Origin: an uncultured Spirochaetota bacterium
GTDB lineage: Bacteria; Spirochaetota; Spirochaetia; SZUA-6; Fen-1364
Assembly (NCBI GenBank): GCA_963781885.1
Contig: CAWAHW010000007.1
Location: 544,001-608,000, forward strand
Reading direction: 5' to 3'
Length of the DNA: 64,000 nt
In this document: positions 9,647 through 18,406 of the stretch, in pieces
Position numbering within the stretch: the stretch's first letter is position 1
How the letters are laid out: the number at the start of each line of letters is the position of its first letter
The notes under the pieces: generated by a model
Databases searched by the model: none
The model's input: only the letters and a program-made list of their open reading frames with translations
What the model was told of the DNA's origin: nothing
Position numbers and translations under genes: made by a program

Positions 9647-10375
9647 ATGAAACGCTCCGCATTCCTCGTCCTGGCAGCCACGGCGATCTTCCTGTCCGGC
9701 TGCATGTATTTTCCCGTGGTGACGGGATCCGGCACGCCTGCAACGGCGGTCTACGGCGTGGGGGGCTTCTCCGGAATCCAGGCCTCGCAATCCTTCAAGG
9801 TGCGGGTCATCCCCGACGCGGCCTATTCGGTCAGCGTGACGTGCGACGACAACCTGACGGACTACCTCGTGGTCCAGACCAGCACCTCCGGCACACTGCG
9901 GCTTTCCCTCGCGCAGGGCTACAGCTACCAGCTCGTGACCCTCACGGCCATCGTGCACATGCCGGTCCTCACGCTGCTGGACGGATCGGGGGCGAGCAGC
10001 TTCGACGTCCGCGCGGGCTTCTCCTCGGCGCGGCCCCTGGCGATCTCCCTTTCCGGGGCAAGCACCGCGAATGTCGCCGGGCTGGTCTGCGGCGACCTGG
10101 GCGTCGATCTCTCCGGCGCAAGCACCGCGACCGTGACAGGCAGCCCGGCGACGGAGCGCCTCTCTGCGGACGGCGCGAGCAAGGCCGATCTCATGAACTG
10201 CACGGGCGCCGGCGCCGACGTCGCGCTGGACGGCGCGAGCGAGGCGTGGGTGAACGTCGGCGCCGGCGCCGTGTCGCTGCATGCAAGCGGCGCGTCGACC
10301 TTCTATTACGGCGGCGCTCCCTCCTTCACGACCTGCGACCTGTCGGGCGCCTCGCGCACGGTGAAGGTGCAATAG
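9647..10375 (+). CDS. GIN/DUF2807 beta-helical lipoprotein
   Basis: Lipobox LSGC; repeated LSGAS motifs; DDNL signature. Confidence 0.85.
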   Translation: MKRSAFLVLAATAIFLSGCMYFPVVTGSGTPATAVYGVGGFSGIQASQSFKVRVIPDAAYSVSVTCDDNLTDYLVVQTSTSGTLRLSLAQGYSYQLVTLTAIVHMPVLTLLDGSGASSFDVRAGFSSARPLAISLSGASTANVAGLVCGDLGVDLSGASTATVTGSPATERLSADGASKADLMNCTGAGADVALDGASEAWVNVGAGAVSLHASGASTFYYGGAPSFTTCDLSGASRTVKVQ

Positions 10376-10437
10376 CGGAAACCCGTCATAGAGACACACG
10401 CCTCCGGATTCTGTAGACTGCGGCGAACGGAGGCTTC

Positions 10438-12885
10438 ATGAACGCGATCGATCTCTCGGGCACCTGGCGCCTCATCCGCGCCACGACGGGTGAAGCGATT
10501 CCCGCCGCCGTGCCGGGAGAGACCCATTCGGCGCTCGTGGCGGCGGGAAAAATCCCGGATCCCTATCGGGGCCGCAACGAGCTCGACGTGCAATGGGTGG
10601 GCCGCGAGGACTGGATCTACGAGCGCGACCTGACCCTCGACGCCGCGTTCCTCGCGGAGGAGAGGGTCGTCCTTTCCTGCGACTGTCTCGACACCATCGC
10701 CGAAATCAGCGCGAACGGGAGGCTGCTGGGGAAAGCCGACAACATGTTCGTCCGCTGGCGTTTCGACGCGAAAGAGGCGCTCCGTCCGGGAAAGAACACC
10801 CTCCGCATCCGCTTCACCTCCGCGGAGAACGCCGCGCGGGACGCGGCGGAGAAGCTGCCGTACCCCGTTCCGCACATGAAGAACCCCGTCGATTCCCCCC
10901 ACCGCAATCTCGTGCGCAAGGTGCAATGCCACGCGGGCTGGGACTGGGGTCCGTGCCTCATGGTCGCGGGCATTGGCGGGAGGATCGAGCTGCAGGCTTT
11001 CTCCGACGTGCGGATCGACTACGTCGTCACGGAACAGACACACGGCAAGGGAGCCTGCACCGTGAAGGTGCTCGTCGACTGCGAGGCCGCGCACGACGGT
11101 GCGTCCGAGCTCGTCGTCCGTCTTGGCGACGAGGCAGCCCGGCGCAGCGTGAAGCTCACGCAGGGAAACAACCGCGTGGGGCTCTCCATCGCCGTGCGCG
11201 AGCCGCGCCTGTGGTGGCCGCACGGGTACGGTGAGGCTTTTCTTTACACGCTCACCGTGCGCTTGGGGGGACACAGCGTCACGAAAAGGATCGGGCTGCT
11301 GCGCATGGCGGTCGTGAACAGGAAGGACCGCGCCGGCGTCTCGATGAGCTTCCGCGTCAATGGGGTCGACATTTTCTGCAAGGGGGCAAACTGGATCCCC
11401 TCCGACGCCCTGCCCGCGCGGGAAAGCAGGGAGAGCCTCGCCCGACTCCTGGAAAGCGCCTCCTGGGCCAATATGAACATGCTGCGGGTCTGGGGCGGCG
11501 GACGCTACGAAAGCGACGATTTCTACGATTTGTGCGATGAGAAGGGCATCATGATCTGGCAGGACATGATGTTCGCCTGCGCCCTGTACCCCGCGACCCC
11601 CGGGTTTCTTTCCGGCGTCGAGCGCGAGATCCGCCACCAGGTCATGCGCCTCCGCGATCATCCCTGCATCGCCCTGTGGTGCGGCAACAATGAGAACATC
11701 GGCGCCCTCACCTGGTACCCGGAATCGCGCACGCACCGTGACCGCTATCTCGTCGACTACGATCGCCTGAACGAAGGGGTCATTGGCAGGACGGTCGATG
11801 AATATGATCCCACGCGGACCTTCTGGCCCAGCTCGCCGTCAGCCGGGCGCGGCGACTACTCCGACAACTGGCACGACGACAGCCGCGGCGACATGCACTA
11901 TTGGAGCGTCTGGCACGAGGGCAAGCCCTTCAGCGCGTACCATGAGGTGAGACCGCGTTTCTGCTCGGAGTTCGGCTTCCAGTCGTTCCCGTCCCTGGAG
12001 ACGGTCCGCACCTTCGCGACGGAGGAGGATTTCAACATCACTTCGCCGGTGATGGAGCATCACCAGAAAAACGCGCGCGGCAACTCCATTATCGTAGAGA
12101 TGTTCACGCGCTACTTCCGCATGCCGGAAAGCTTCGAGAGCGCGCTCTACCTGAGCCAGGTGCAGCAGGCCATGGCGATGAGCCTCGCGGTGGAGTACTG
12201 GCGGGGACTGCGCCCCGTCTGCATGGGAACGCTCTACTGGCAGCTCAACGACAACTGGCCCGTGGCGTCCTGGTCGTCCATCGAGTACGGCGGGGCGTGG
12301 AAGCTCCTGCACTACGCGGCGCGCCGATTCTTCGCGCCGGTGCTGCTCGCCGCGCACGTGAAGGACGGTCGTCTGCGCGTGCAGATCATCAACGACCTGC
12401 AGGAAGAGGCGCGCTGCCGCGCCACGGTGGCATTCATCGATTTCTCGGGAGCGGTGATTTCTCAGGAAGAGATCAAGGCCCGGCTACCGGCGGGAAGCGC
12501 ACGGACGATCAAGGAATATTCGCTTTCGGCATTCGCACCGTCAGCGGAGGCGGGTTTCGTTCAGCTCACGCTGGAGCATGAGGGCGAGGCATCGAGCAGC
12601 AGCCTCTTCCTCACCGAGCCCAAGCGCTGCCCGATGCAACGAGCCGCCGTCCGCGCCGAGCTTCGGGAGAAGAGGGAGGGTTTCTCCGTTCGTCTCAGCA
12701 CGGACGCGCCCGCATTCTTCGTGTCCTTGCACGTGCGCGATGTCCCGGGCACCTTCGACGACAACGGCTTCACGCTGCTGCCAGGCGCCCCGCGGGAGCT
12801 TCTCTTCACGCCCGCGGAGAAAAAGTCGCTCGATGTCGTGCGGAGCAACCTCAGCGTCATGCACCTGCGCGACACCTGGCGGTGA
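10438..12885 (+). CDS. Beta-mannosidase (GH2)
   Basis: RKVQCHAGWDWGP, KGANWIP, NMLRVWGGG, WCGNNE, SEFGFQS, YWQLND. Confidence 0.92.
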   Translation: MNAIDLSGTWRLIRATTGEAIPAAVPGETHSALVAAGKIPDPYRGRNELDVQWVGREDWIYERDLTLDAAFLAEERVVLSCDCLDTIAEISANGRLLGKADNMFVRWRFDAKEALRPGKNTLRIRFTSAENAARDAAEKLPYPVPHMKNPVDSPHRNLVRKVQCHAGWDWGPCLMVAGIGGRIELQAFSDVRIDYVVTEQTHGKGACTVKVLVDCEAAHDGASELVVRLGDEAARRSVKLTQGNNRVGLSIAVREPRLWWPHGYGEAFLYTLTVRLGGHSVTKRIGLLRMAVVNRKDRAGVSMSFRVNGVDIFCKGANWIPSDALPARESRESLARLLESASWANMNMLRVWGGGRYESDDFYDLCDEKGIMIWQDMMFACALYPATPGFLSGVEREIRHQVMRLRDHPCIALWCGNNENIGALTWYPESRTHRDRYLVDYDRLNEGVIGRTVDEYDPTRTFWPSSPSAGRGDYSDNWHDDSRGDMHYWSVWHEGKPFSAYHEVRPRFCSEFGFQSFPSLETVRTFATEEDFNITSPVMEHHQKNARGNSIIVEMFTRYFRMPESFESALYLSQVQQAMAMSLAVEYWRGLRPVCMGTLYWQLNDNWPVASWSSIEYGGAWKLLHYAARRFFAPVLLAAHVKDGRLRVQIINDLQEEARCRATVAFIDFSGAVISQEEIKARLPAGSARTIKEYSLSAFAPSAEAGFVQLTLEHEGEASSSSLFLTEPKRCPMQRAAVRAELREKREGFSVRLSTDAPAFFVSLHVRDVPGTFDDNGFTLLPGAPRELLFTPAEKKSLDVVRSNLSVMHLRDTWR

Positions 12886-12892
12886 ATCCGCG

Positions 12893-12983
12893 GCCACGGG
12901 CTCGCTTCCGTGCATCCAACTCCGCCAGGAGCGGAAGGCACTCGCTCGCCCTCGGCATCCTGCCTATGGTAATCCGTGGCATT
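12893..12983. repeat. Long REP/MITE-like intergenic element, copy 1
   Basis: Near-identical to 38972-39045 apart from an internal insert; terminal GCCACGG...CCGTGGC; lies between convergent genes. Confidence 0.85.
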
Positions 12984-13012
12984 CGGGCGGCCACGGCCGT
13001 CGCGCGCCGCCT

Positions 13013-13831
13013 CTAGATGTACGCCTGCAGGAGGCGGCTGCGGGCCGGCTTCTGGAGCTGACGGATGGCGCGCTTTTCGATCTGGCGGATCCTCTCCTTC
13101 GTGAGCCGGTAACGGGCACCCAGCTCGCGGAGGGACAAGGCACGGCCCCCGTTGAGGCCGAACCGGGCGCGGATGATCTCCGCCTCCTTGCGTGCCATGG
13201 TGGCAAGGACCGCTTCGATGTCGTCGCGGAGCGCCTGGTTGATCACGCGCTCGTCGTGAGTCGGGGCATTCTTGTCCTCCACCGTGTCGCCGAACGGGGA
13301 GGCATCCTCGCCCATGCCAATCGGCGCGTCGAGGGAAATCGGCTCGCGCGCAATGGACAGAAGGCGTGCCGTGCCGGGGCTCAGCGTGTCGCCGGAAATG
13401 TTGCCGTTCTCCAGTTGCGCGAGCTCCGCCGCCTTGTTCACGGGGAGGCGTATCGTGCGCGCCTTCTTTCCGATCGCATTCAGGATGGACTGGCGGATCC
13501 ACCAGACGGCGTAGGAGATGAAGTGATACCCCTTGTCCACGTCGAAACGATCGATGGCGTTCAGGAGCCCGATATTTCCCTCGCTGATGAGGTCCTCCAG
13601 GGGGAGGCCCCGGTGCTGGTATTTTTTCGCGATGGCGACGACAAAACGCAGGTTGGCGCGGACCAGCTTCTCTTTCGCGATCTCGCTTCCCGCGGTTGCC
13701 TGGCGCGCAATGACCTCCTCTTCCTCCCGTGACAGGAGTGGGGTCTTGTTGATCTCTTTCAGGTACAGGAACAGGACGTTCTCTTCCTTTTCCGACTTCC
13801 TGTCCCGGGTTGCCGATGATGATCCGTTCAT
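13013..13831 (-). CDS. RNA polymerase sigma factor, RpoD/RpoS-like (short, lacks region 1.1)
   Basis: YLKEI..PLL, ANLRFVVAIAKKY, DLISEGNIGL, ISYAVWWIRQ, LTKERIRQIE. Confidence 0.92.
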   Translation of the reverse strand: MNGSSSATRDRKSEKEENVLFLYLKEINKTPLLSREEEEVIARQATAGSEIAKEKLVRANLRFVVAIAKKYQHRGLPLEDLISEGNIGLLNAIDRFDVDKGYHFISYAVWWIRQSILNAIGKKARTIRLPVNKAAELAQLENGNISGDTLSPGTARLLSIAREPISLDAPIGMGEDASPFGDTVEDKNAPTHDERVINQALRDDIEAVLATMARKEAEIIRARFGLNGGRALSLRELGARYRLTKERIRQIEKRAIRQLQKPARSRLLQAYI

Positions 13832-13862
13832 GCCAGCCTCCACATCCACAAGTTTCACAGTG

Positions 13863-13916
13863 AATGTAATGACGGGGCTCGCATTGCTCCATTAAGGTCA
13901 AGTTAATGTTCGTTAA
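13863..13916 (-). promoter_or_regulatory. Putative activator-dependent promoter with three TTAA direct-repeat boxes
   Basis: -10 TACATT with a poor -35; TTAA at 13892, 13903 and 13913 (10-11 bp spacing) in an AT-rich gap. Confidence 0.4.
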
Positions 13917-13945
13917 AGAAAGCGACGCGGGACGATAATTAATTG

Positions 13946-14677
13946 TTATTTTGCTGCGCGCTTCCAGAAGGCATCGAACATCCAACGCCCGACTCCCCAC
14001 GCCAGGGCGATGCCGGCAATTTCATCTGCAATGTAGTGCTGCTTCACGAACAGCGTGGAGAGCACGACGCCGACCGCCACGACGAGCATTCCGATGGCGA
14101 TGCCGCGCGTGAGTCGCGAAGGCCGAAGGCGCGCATACCGAAACCAGGCATAGAAGCAGATCGTCGCCACCGCGGCGTGGAGGCTGGGGAAGCAATCGAA
14201 GGATGGATCGCCCTTGAAGTGATCGTACATCGCCTGGGCGAAGAAATTGCCCACCAGGGGATGGGCAAGCAGCGCCTGGCGGTAAATGTCGGTGGTGACG
14301 GGAAAAACGGCATAGACGATATCCGCCACGAGGTTGATGAGAATGAGCGACAGCGCGAGCGGATAGGCGCGCGTGTAGTTGACGAACGCAAAGTACGCCA
14401 TGGTGACGGCCGACAGGGGATAAAAAAGGTAGAGGTAGAAGATGGCCCACGCCGGTGCAAAGGGGATGATCCTGTCCAGGGGGGTGTCCAGGTGGAACCC
14501 CGTTGCGTAGAGGCTGCCCGTCCAGTTGTAGACGATGGTGTTGAGCAGCACATAGAAGACGACGAGGATCAGGAAGGCGTTTGCCGCGATGTAGGACACC
14601 GCGGTGCTCGCCGCCGTGCTCTTCCCGCGGAAGAAGACCTTTTCAACCAATCTCTGGTAGGACGCGTGGACGTGCAT
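13946..14677 (-). CDS. PAP2-family membrane phosphatase/phosphotransferase (inositolphosphotransferase Aur1-like)
   Basis: About 6 TM helices; DCFPSLH and STLFVKQHYIAD motifs. Confidence 0.8.
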   Translation of the reverse strand: MHVHASYQRLVEKVFFRGKSTAASTAVSYIAANAFLILVVFYVLLNTIVYNWTGSLYATGFHLDTPLDRIIPFAPAWAIFYLYLFYPLSAVTMAYFAFVNYTRAYPLALSLILINLVADIVYAVFPVTTDIYRQALLAHPLVGNFFAQAMYDHFKGDPSFDCFPSLHAAVATICFYAWFRYARLRPSRLTRGIAIGMLVVAVGVVLSTLFVKQHYIADEIAGIALAWGVGRWMFDAFWKRAAK

Positions 14678-14686
14678 GACGCCTCC

Positions 14687-15499
14687 TCAGCCTGCGGGCT
14701 TCTTCTGGTTTCCCAGCCGCACGGCAATGCAATCGTAGAACAGGCGGTCGGGAAGATAGGAGGAGACCGATCGCGTGATGATCCGGTAGCCCGCCTTGTC
14801 GAATGGCGCCCGCGCGGCCAGGAGCGCACCCATGTCGGGTGCGTTTTCCATCTGGGCGATCAGCGCGGCATCCTGCGCGAGCACGATCGGCTTCGCGCCT
14901 GGCTGCGTCACCACCGACAGGGGCACGAGGTCGAGCGCTGCCAAGACATCGGCGGGCAGGGACTCGGCAAGCTCGGAGACCGCCTGCTTGGCCTCCAGCT
15001 GGATCATGCGCGCCTTGGCGTCAGGGATGGCGCTCTCCACGGCGGCCGTGAGAAGGTCGATGAGCCGGTGACGGACCTCGCCGAGGTCCCGGGCGCTGGA
15101 CAGCTCGCCGAGGGCGGGATTTTTCTTGATCGCCTTGGCAAGGCCCGAGATCTCGCGGAGGTAGGTGTTCTTCTGCGAGTCGGGGATGTAGTGCATGACG
15201 ACGATGCGCACCGGCATATCGTCCGGCGCGCCGTACGCGATGCCCGTCGGGCTCCATCCGATCGCGCAGAATAGCTCCCCGTCGCCCGTCACCCTTCCGT
15301 GCGGACAGGCCCAGCCGTGACCGATGCCCGTGTTGGCGGCGTTTTCCCGGTTCATCACGGCGGCGTTGAAGTCCAGGCCGGCCCTGAAATCGGGTATCGC
15401 CTCGATCAGCGTGCCCAGGTACTGCAGGCTCTTTTCCTTGTCGGCCTCGGGAAGCTCGATGAGCCGCCCCTCCTGCAGGGCATCCAAAAGGCTTTTCAT
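14687..15499 (-). CDS. PTS EIIA (Ntr/Fru-type) domain protein with C-terminal extension
   Basis: RENAANTGIGHGWACPHGR (phospho-His motif), GWSPTGIAYGAPD; SD GGAGG. Confidence 0.85.
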   Translation of the reverse strand: MKSLLDALQEGRLIELPEADKEKSLQYLGTLIEAIPDFRAGLDFNAAVMNRENAANTGIGHGWACPHGRVTGDGELFCAIGWSPTGIAYGAPDDMPVRIVVMHYIPDSQKNTYLREISGLAKAIKKNPALGELSSARDLGEVRHRLIDLLTAAVESAIPDAKARMIQLEAKQAVSELAESLPADVLAALDLVPLSVVTQPGAKPIVLAQDAALIAQMENAPDMGALLAARAPFDKAGYRIITRSVSSYLPDRLFYDCIAVRLGNQKKPAG

Positions 15500-15596
15500 G
15501 CGCGTCCCTCCGATGGCCTGCCCCGTGCAAGCCCGCTGCATTCCTTCCCATCCGGGAAGCGCCGTGCCGCACACGGGATGACGCCCCGGCTCGTCA

Positions 15597-18209
15597 TCAA
15601 TCGACCCCGAACTTTTTGAAGAACCAGGTCTTTACGAGGTGGGTGAACGCGCAATACACGACGAGGAAACCCGCGATCCACGCCCAGTAGATTGCCGGCA
15701 GGGGAACGAAGCCGAGCAGATTCGCCAGCGGCGGGATGTATGGCAGGGCGATGCCGATGGCCATGACAAGGAGCGTGAAGAAGAGCATGACCGGGCTTGC
15801 CCGGCTCTGGATGAAGGGTATCTTTCGCGTGCGGATCACGTGCACGATGAGCGTCTGGGTGAGGATGGATTCCACGAACCATCCCGTGTGGAACAGGGAT
15901 TCGTCGTACGCCTTCATGGCCGGGCTGGCGCCCGCGGCGGTGAAGGCAATGCAGCCGAAGAAATAGAGCATCAGGAAGTACGTGGCGTAGTCGAATATCG
16001 AGCTCATGGGACCGATGAAGTACATGAATCGACGGATGTTGCCGATGTTCCATTTCCTGGGCTTCGTCGTGAACTCGGGGTCCACGCGGTCCGAGGGTAT
16101 GCCGATTTGGGACACGTCGTAGAGCATGTTGTTCGTGAGGACCTGGATGGGAAGCATGGGCAGGAAGGGCAGGAAGAGGCTCCCCCCCAGCACGCTGAAC
16201 ATGTTGCCGAAATTGGAGCTCGCCCCCATGCGGATGTACTTGATGATGTTCCCGAAGACCTTGCGGCCTTCGATGATGCCGTCGTCCAGGACGAGGAGGC
16301 TCTTTTCCAGCAGAACGATGTCCGCCGCTTCCTTGGCGACGTCCACGGCGGTGTCCACGGAAATTCCCACGTCCGCCTTCTTGAGGGCGGGGGCGTCGTT
16401 GATGCCATCCCCCATGAACCCCACGACGTGGCCGTGGCTCTGGAGCGCGTGGATGACCTGCTCCTTCTGCGTGGGGGAAAGGCGCGCGAGGACCGTGGCC
16501 TTCTCCGCGGCCTCCACGAGCTGCTCCGGGGTGAGGCCCTGGAGCTGCGGGCCCGTCACAAGGTGCTCCACGTCGATGCCGACGTCCTTGCAGACCTTGC
16601 GGGTGACAAGATCGTTGTCGCCGGTGAGGATTTTCACCGCAATGCCCGCGTCCTTCAGGGCCTTCAGGGATTGCGCCGTTGTCTCCTTGGGTGGATCGAA
16701 GAACGCGATATAGCCCAGCAGGATCATGTCGCTTTCGTCCGCGGCGGAGAATGTCGTCTTCTCCCGGGTGAACTCCCGGTAGCCGATGGCGAGCACCCGG
16801 TAGCCGTCCGCGCTCAACGCCTCATAGTCCTCCAGCACGTCCTGGCGGATCATGTCGATGAGGGGGAGCACGTCGTCCTCCACCTGGTAGGAGGAGCAGA
16901 CCTTGAACACGTCTTCCACGGCGCCCTTGCAGATGAGGACGTTTTCTCCTTCGTACTCCACGACCACCGACATGCGCTTGCGCGTGAAGTCGAAGGGTAT
17001 CTCGTCCACCTTCTTGCACCGGCGCTCCACCTCGAACTCGCCGTGCGCGAGCACCGCCCTGTCCAGCAGATTGCGCAGGCCCGTCTGGTAGAAGCTGTTC
17101 ATGTACGCGTAGCGCAGGACCTCGTCGCTCTGCTTGCCCGAGACGTCGACGTATTTTTCCAGGATGACCCGATCCTGGGTGAGGGTGCCGGTCTTGTCTG
17201 TGCACAGCACGTCAATGGCGCCGAAGTTCTGGATGGAGTTGAGACGCTTGACGATGACCTTTTTCTTGGACATCGCCAGGGCGCCCTTGGCGAGGTTCAC
17301 CGTCACGATCATGGGGAGCATTTCCGGGGTAAGCCCCACGGCCACGGCCAGGCCGAAGAGGAGGGCGTCCATCCAGTTGTGCTTCGTGATGCCGATGATG
17401 AGGAACACGATGGCCACCATGACCACCATGAACTGGATCATGAGCCACGTGAACCCCGAGATGCCCTTGTCGAAGCTCGTCTTCGAGCGCTGGCCGGCGA
17501 GCTTGCGCGTGATCGTGCCGAAATAGGTGCGGGCCCCGGTGTTGACCACGACGCCCCGCGCGGTTCCCGAGAGCACGTTCGTTCCCTGGAAACAGGCGTT
17601 GGGAAGCTCCAGCGCCGCCTTCATGCCCGCGGGAGCCGTCGTGGTCTTCTCCACCGGCATGGACTCCCCGGTGAGCGCGCTCTGGCTCACGAAAAAATCC
17701 TTGGTGGCCACCAAGCGCAGGTCCGCGGGCACCAGGGAGCCGGCGTCCAGAACGACGATGTCGCCGGGCACGATCTGGGCAAGCGGAATCTCGGACTCCT
17801 TGCCGTCGCGCATGACGTTCACCGTCGTGCGGACCATGGCCTGGAGCTGCTCCACGGCCCGGCCCGACCTCTCCTCCTGGAGGGAAGAGAGCCCCACGCT
17901 GATGAGCACCATGCCCCCGACGACGATGGTGGAGCGCAGGTCGCCCATGATGAAGGACACCCCGGCGATGATCAGAAGCTGGATGACCAGGGGATTTGCA
18001 AATCTGTGATAGGTGCGGAGGAGCAGGCCCCCCTGCTTCGTGATCACTTCGTTCGGGCCGAACTCCCGAAGCTTGTCTTCCGCCTCTTCACTCGACAACC
18101 CCGCATCGCGGGTCGTCATGCGGCCAAGGCATTCCTCCGCGGAAAGCCCGCAGGCCTCCAGCAGAACCCTCTCCTGATCCGTTGTCACGGTTTCGGCGGG
18201 TTTTCGCAT
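15597..18209 (-). CDS. mgtA: Magnesium-translocating P-type ATPase
   Basis: LTGES, LTPEMLPM, DKTGTLT, YQTGLRNLLD, GDGINDAP, SSNFGNMFS. Confidence 0.95.
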   Translation of the reverse strand: MRKPAETVTTDQERVLLEACGLSAEECLGRMTTRDAGLSSEEAEDKLREFGPNEVITKQGGLLLRTYHRFANPLVIQLLIIAGVSFIMGDLRSTIVVGGMVLISVGLSSLQEERSGRAVEQLQAMVRTTVNVMRDGKESEIPLAQIVPGDIVVLDAGSLVPADLRLVATKDFFVSQSALTGESMPVEKTTTAPAGMKAALELPNACFQGTNVLSGTARGVVVNTGARTYFGTITRKLAGQRSKTSFDKGISGFTWLMIQFMVVMVAIVFLIIGITKHNWMDALLFGLAVAVGLTPEMLPMIVTVNLAKGALAMSKKKVIVKRLNSIQNFGAIDVLCTDKTGTLTQDRVILEKYVDVSGKQSDEVLRYAYMNSFYQTGLRNLLDRAVLAHGEFEVERRCKKVDEIPFDFTRKRMSVVVEYEGENVLICKGAVEDVFKVCSSYQVEDDVLPLIDMIRQDVLEDYEALSADGYRVLAIGYREFTREKTTFSAADESDMILLGYIAFFDPPKETTAQSLKALKDAGIAVKILTGDNDLVTRKVCKDVGIDVEHLVTGPQLQGLTPEQLVEAAEKATVLARLSPTQKEQVIHALQSHGHVVGFMGDGINDAPALKKADVGISVDTAVDVAKEAADIVLLEKSLLVLDDGIIEGRKVFGNIIKYIRMGASSNFGNMFSVLGGSLFLPFLPMLPIQVLTNNMLYDVSQIGIPSDRVDPEFTTKPRKWNIGNIRRFMYFIGPMSSIFDYATYFLMLYFFGCIAFTAAGASPAMKAYDESLFHTGWFVESILTQTLIVHVIRTRKIPFIQSRASPVMLFFTLLVMAIGIALPYIPPLANLLGFVPLPAIYWAWIAGFLVVYCAFTHLVKTWFFKKFGVD

Positions 18210-18265
18210 GGGTTATCTCTACTCCCCGAATGGGGGAGAGTCAAGTGAAGACGCATAAAAACCCG

Positions 18266-18303
18266 AAAAAATCCCTCCAAGATCAGCGCACGGGATGGGA
18301 GGG
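18266..18303 (-). terminator. Putative intrinsic terminator/attenuator in the mgtA leader
   Basis: Minus strand CCCTCC...GGAGGG stem followed by AUUUUUU; overlaps the end of the leader ORF. Confidence 0.5.
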
Positions 18304-18381
18304 GGACCCCCGCTGGTTTCGATCTGCCGAAACAAACCGTATCGCGCGTACGCGCACGGAAGATGCGTTAGTGGGCTCCAT
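18283..18381 (-). CDS. Putative mgtA leader peptide (32 aa)
   Basis: MEPTNASSVRVRAIRFVSADRNQRGSPSHPVR; AAGG upstream; stop codon lies inside the attenuator hairpin. Confidence 0.45.
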   Translation of the reverse strand: MEPTNASSVRVRAIRFVSADRNQRGSPSHPVR

Positions 18382-18406
18382 GAGCGGACCTTGCGCGGCG
18401 GCAGTG

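Noticed and set aside
15639-18248. 869-aa antisense ORF opposite mgtA (similar ones at 1158-2981, 58725-60641, 60635-62458)
   Set aside because: Shadow ORFs caused by high-GC codon bias; codon-aligned to the real gene and without recognisable motifs
18210-18406. M-box (ykoK) riboswitch upstream of mgtA
   Set aside because: Could not recognise the conserved M-box motifs by eye; an Rfam scan would settle it
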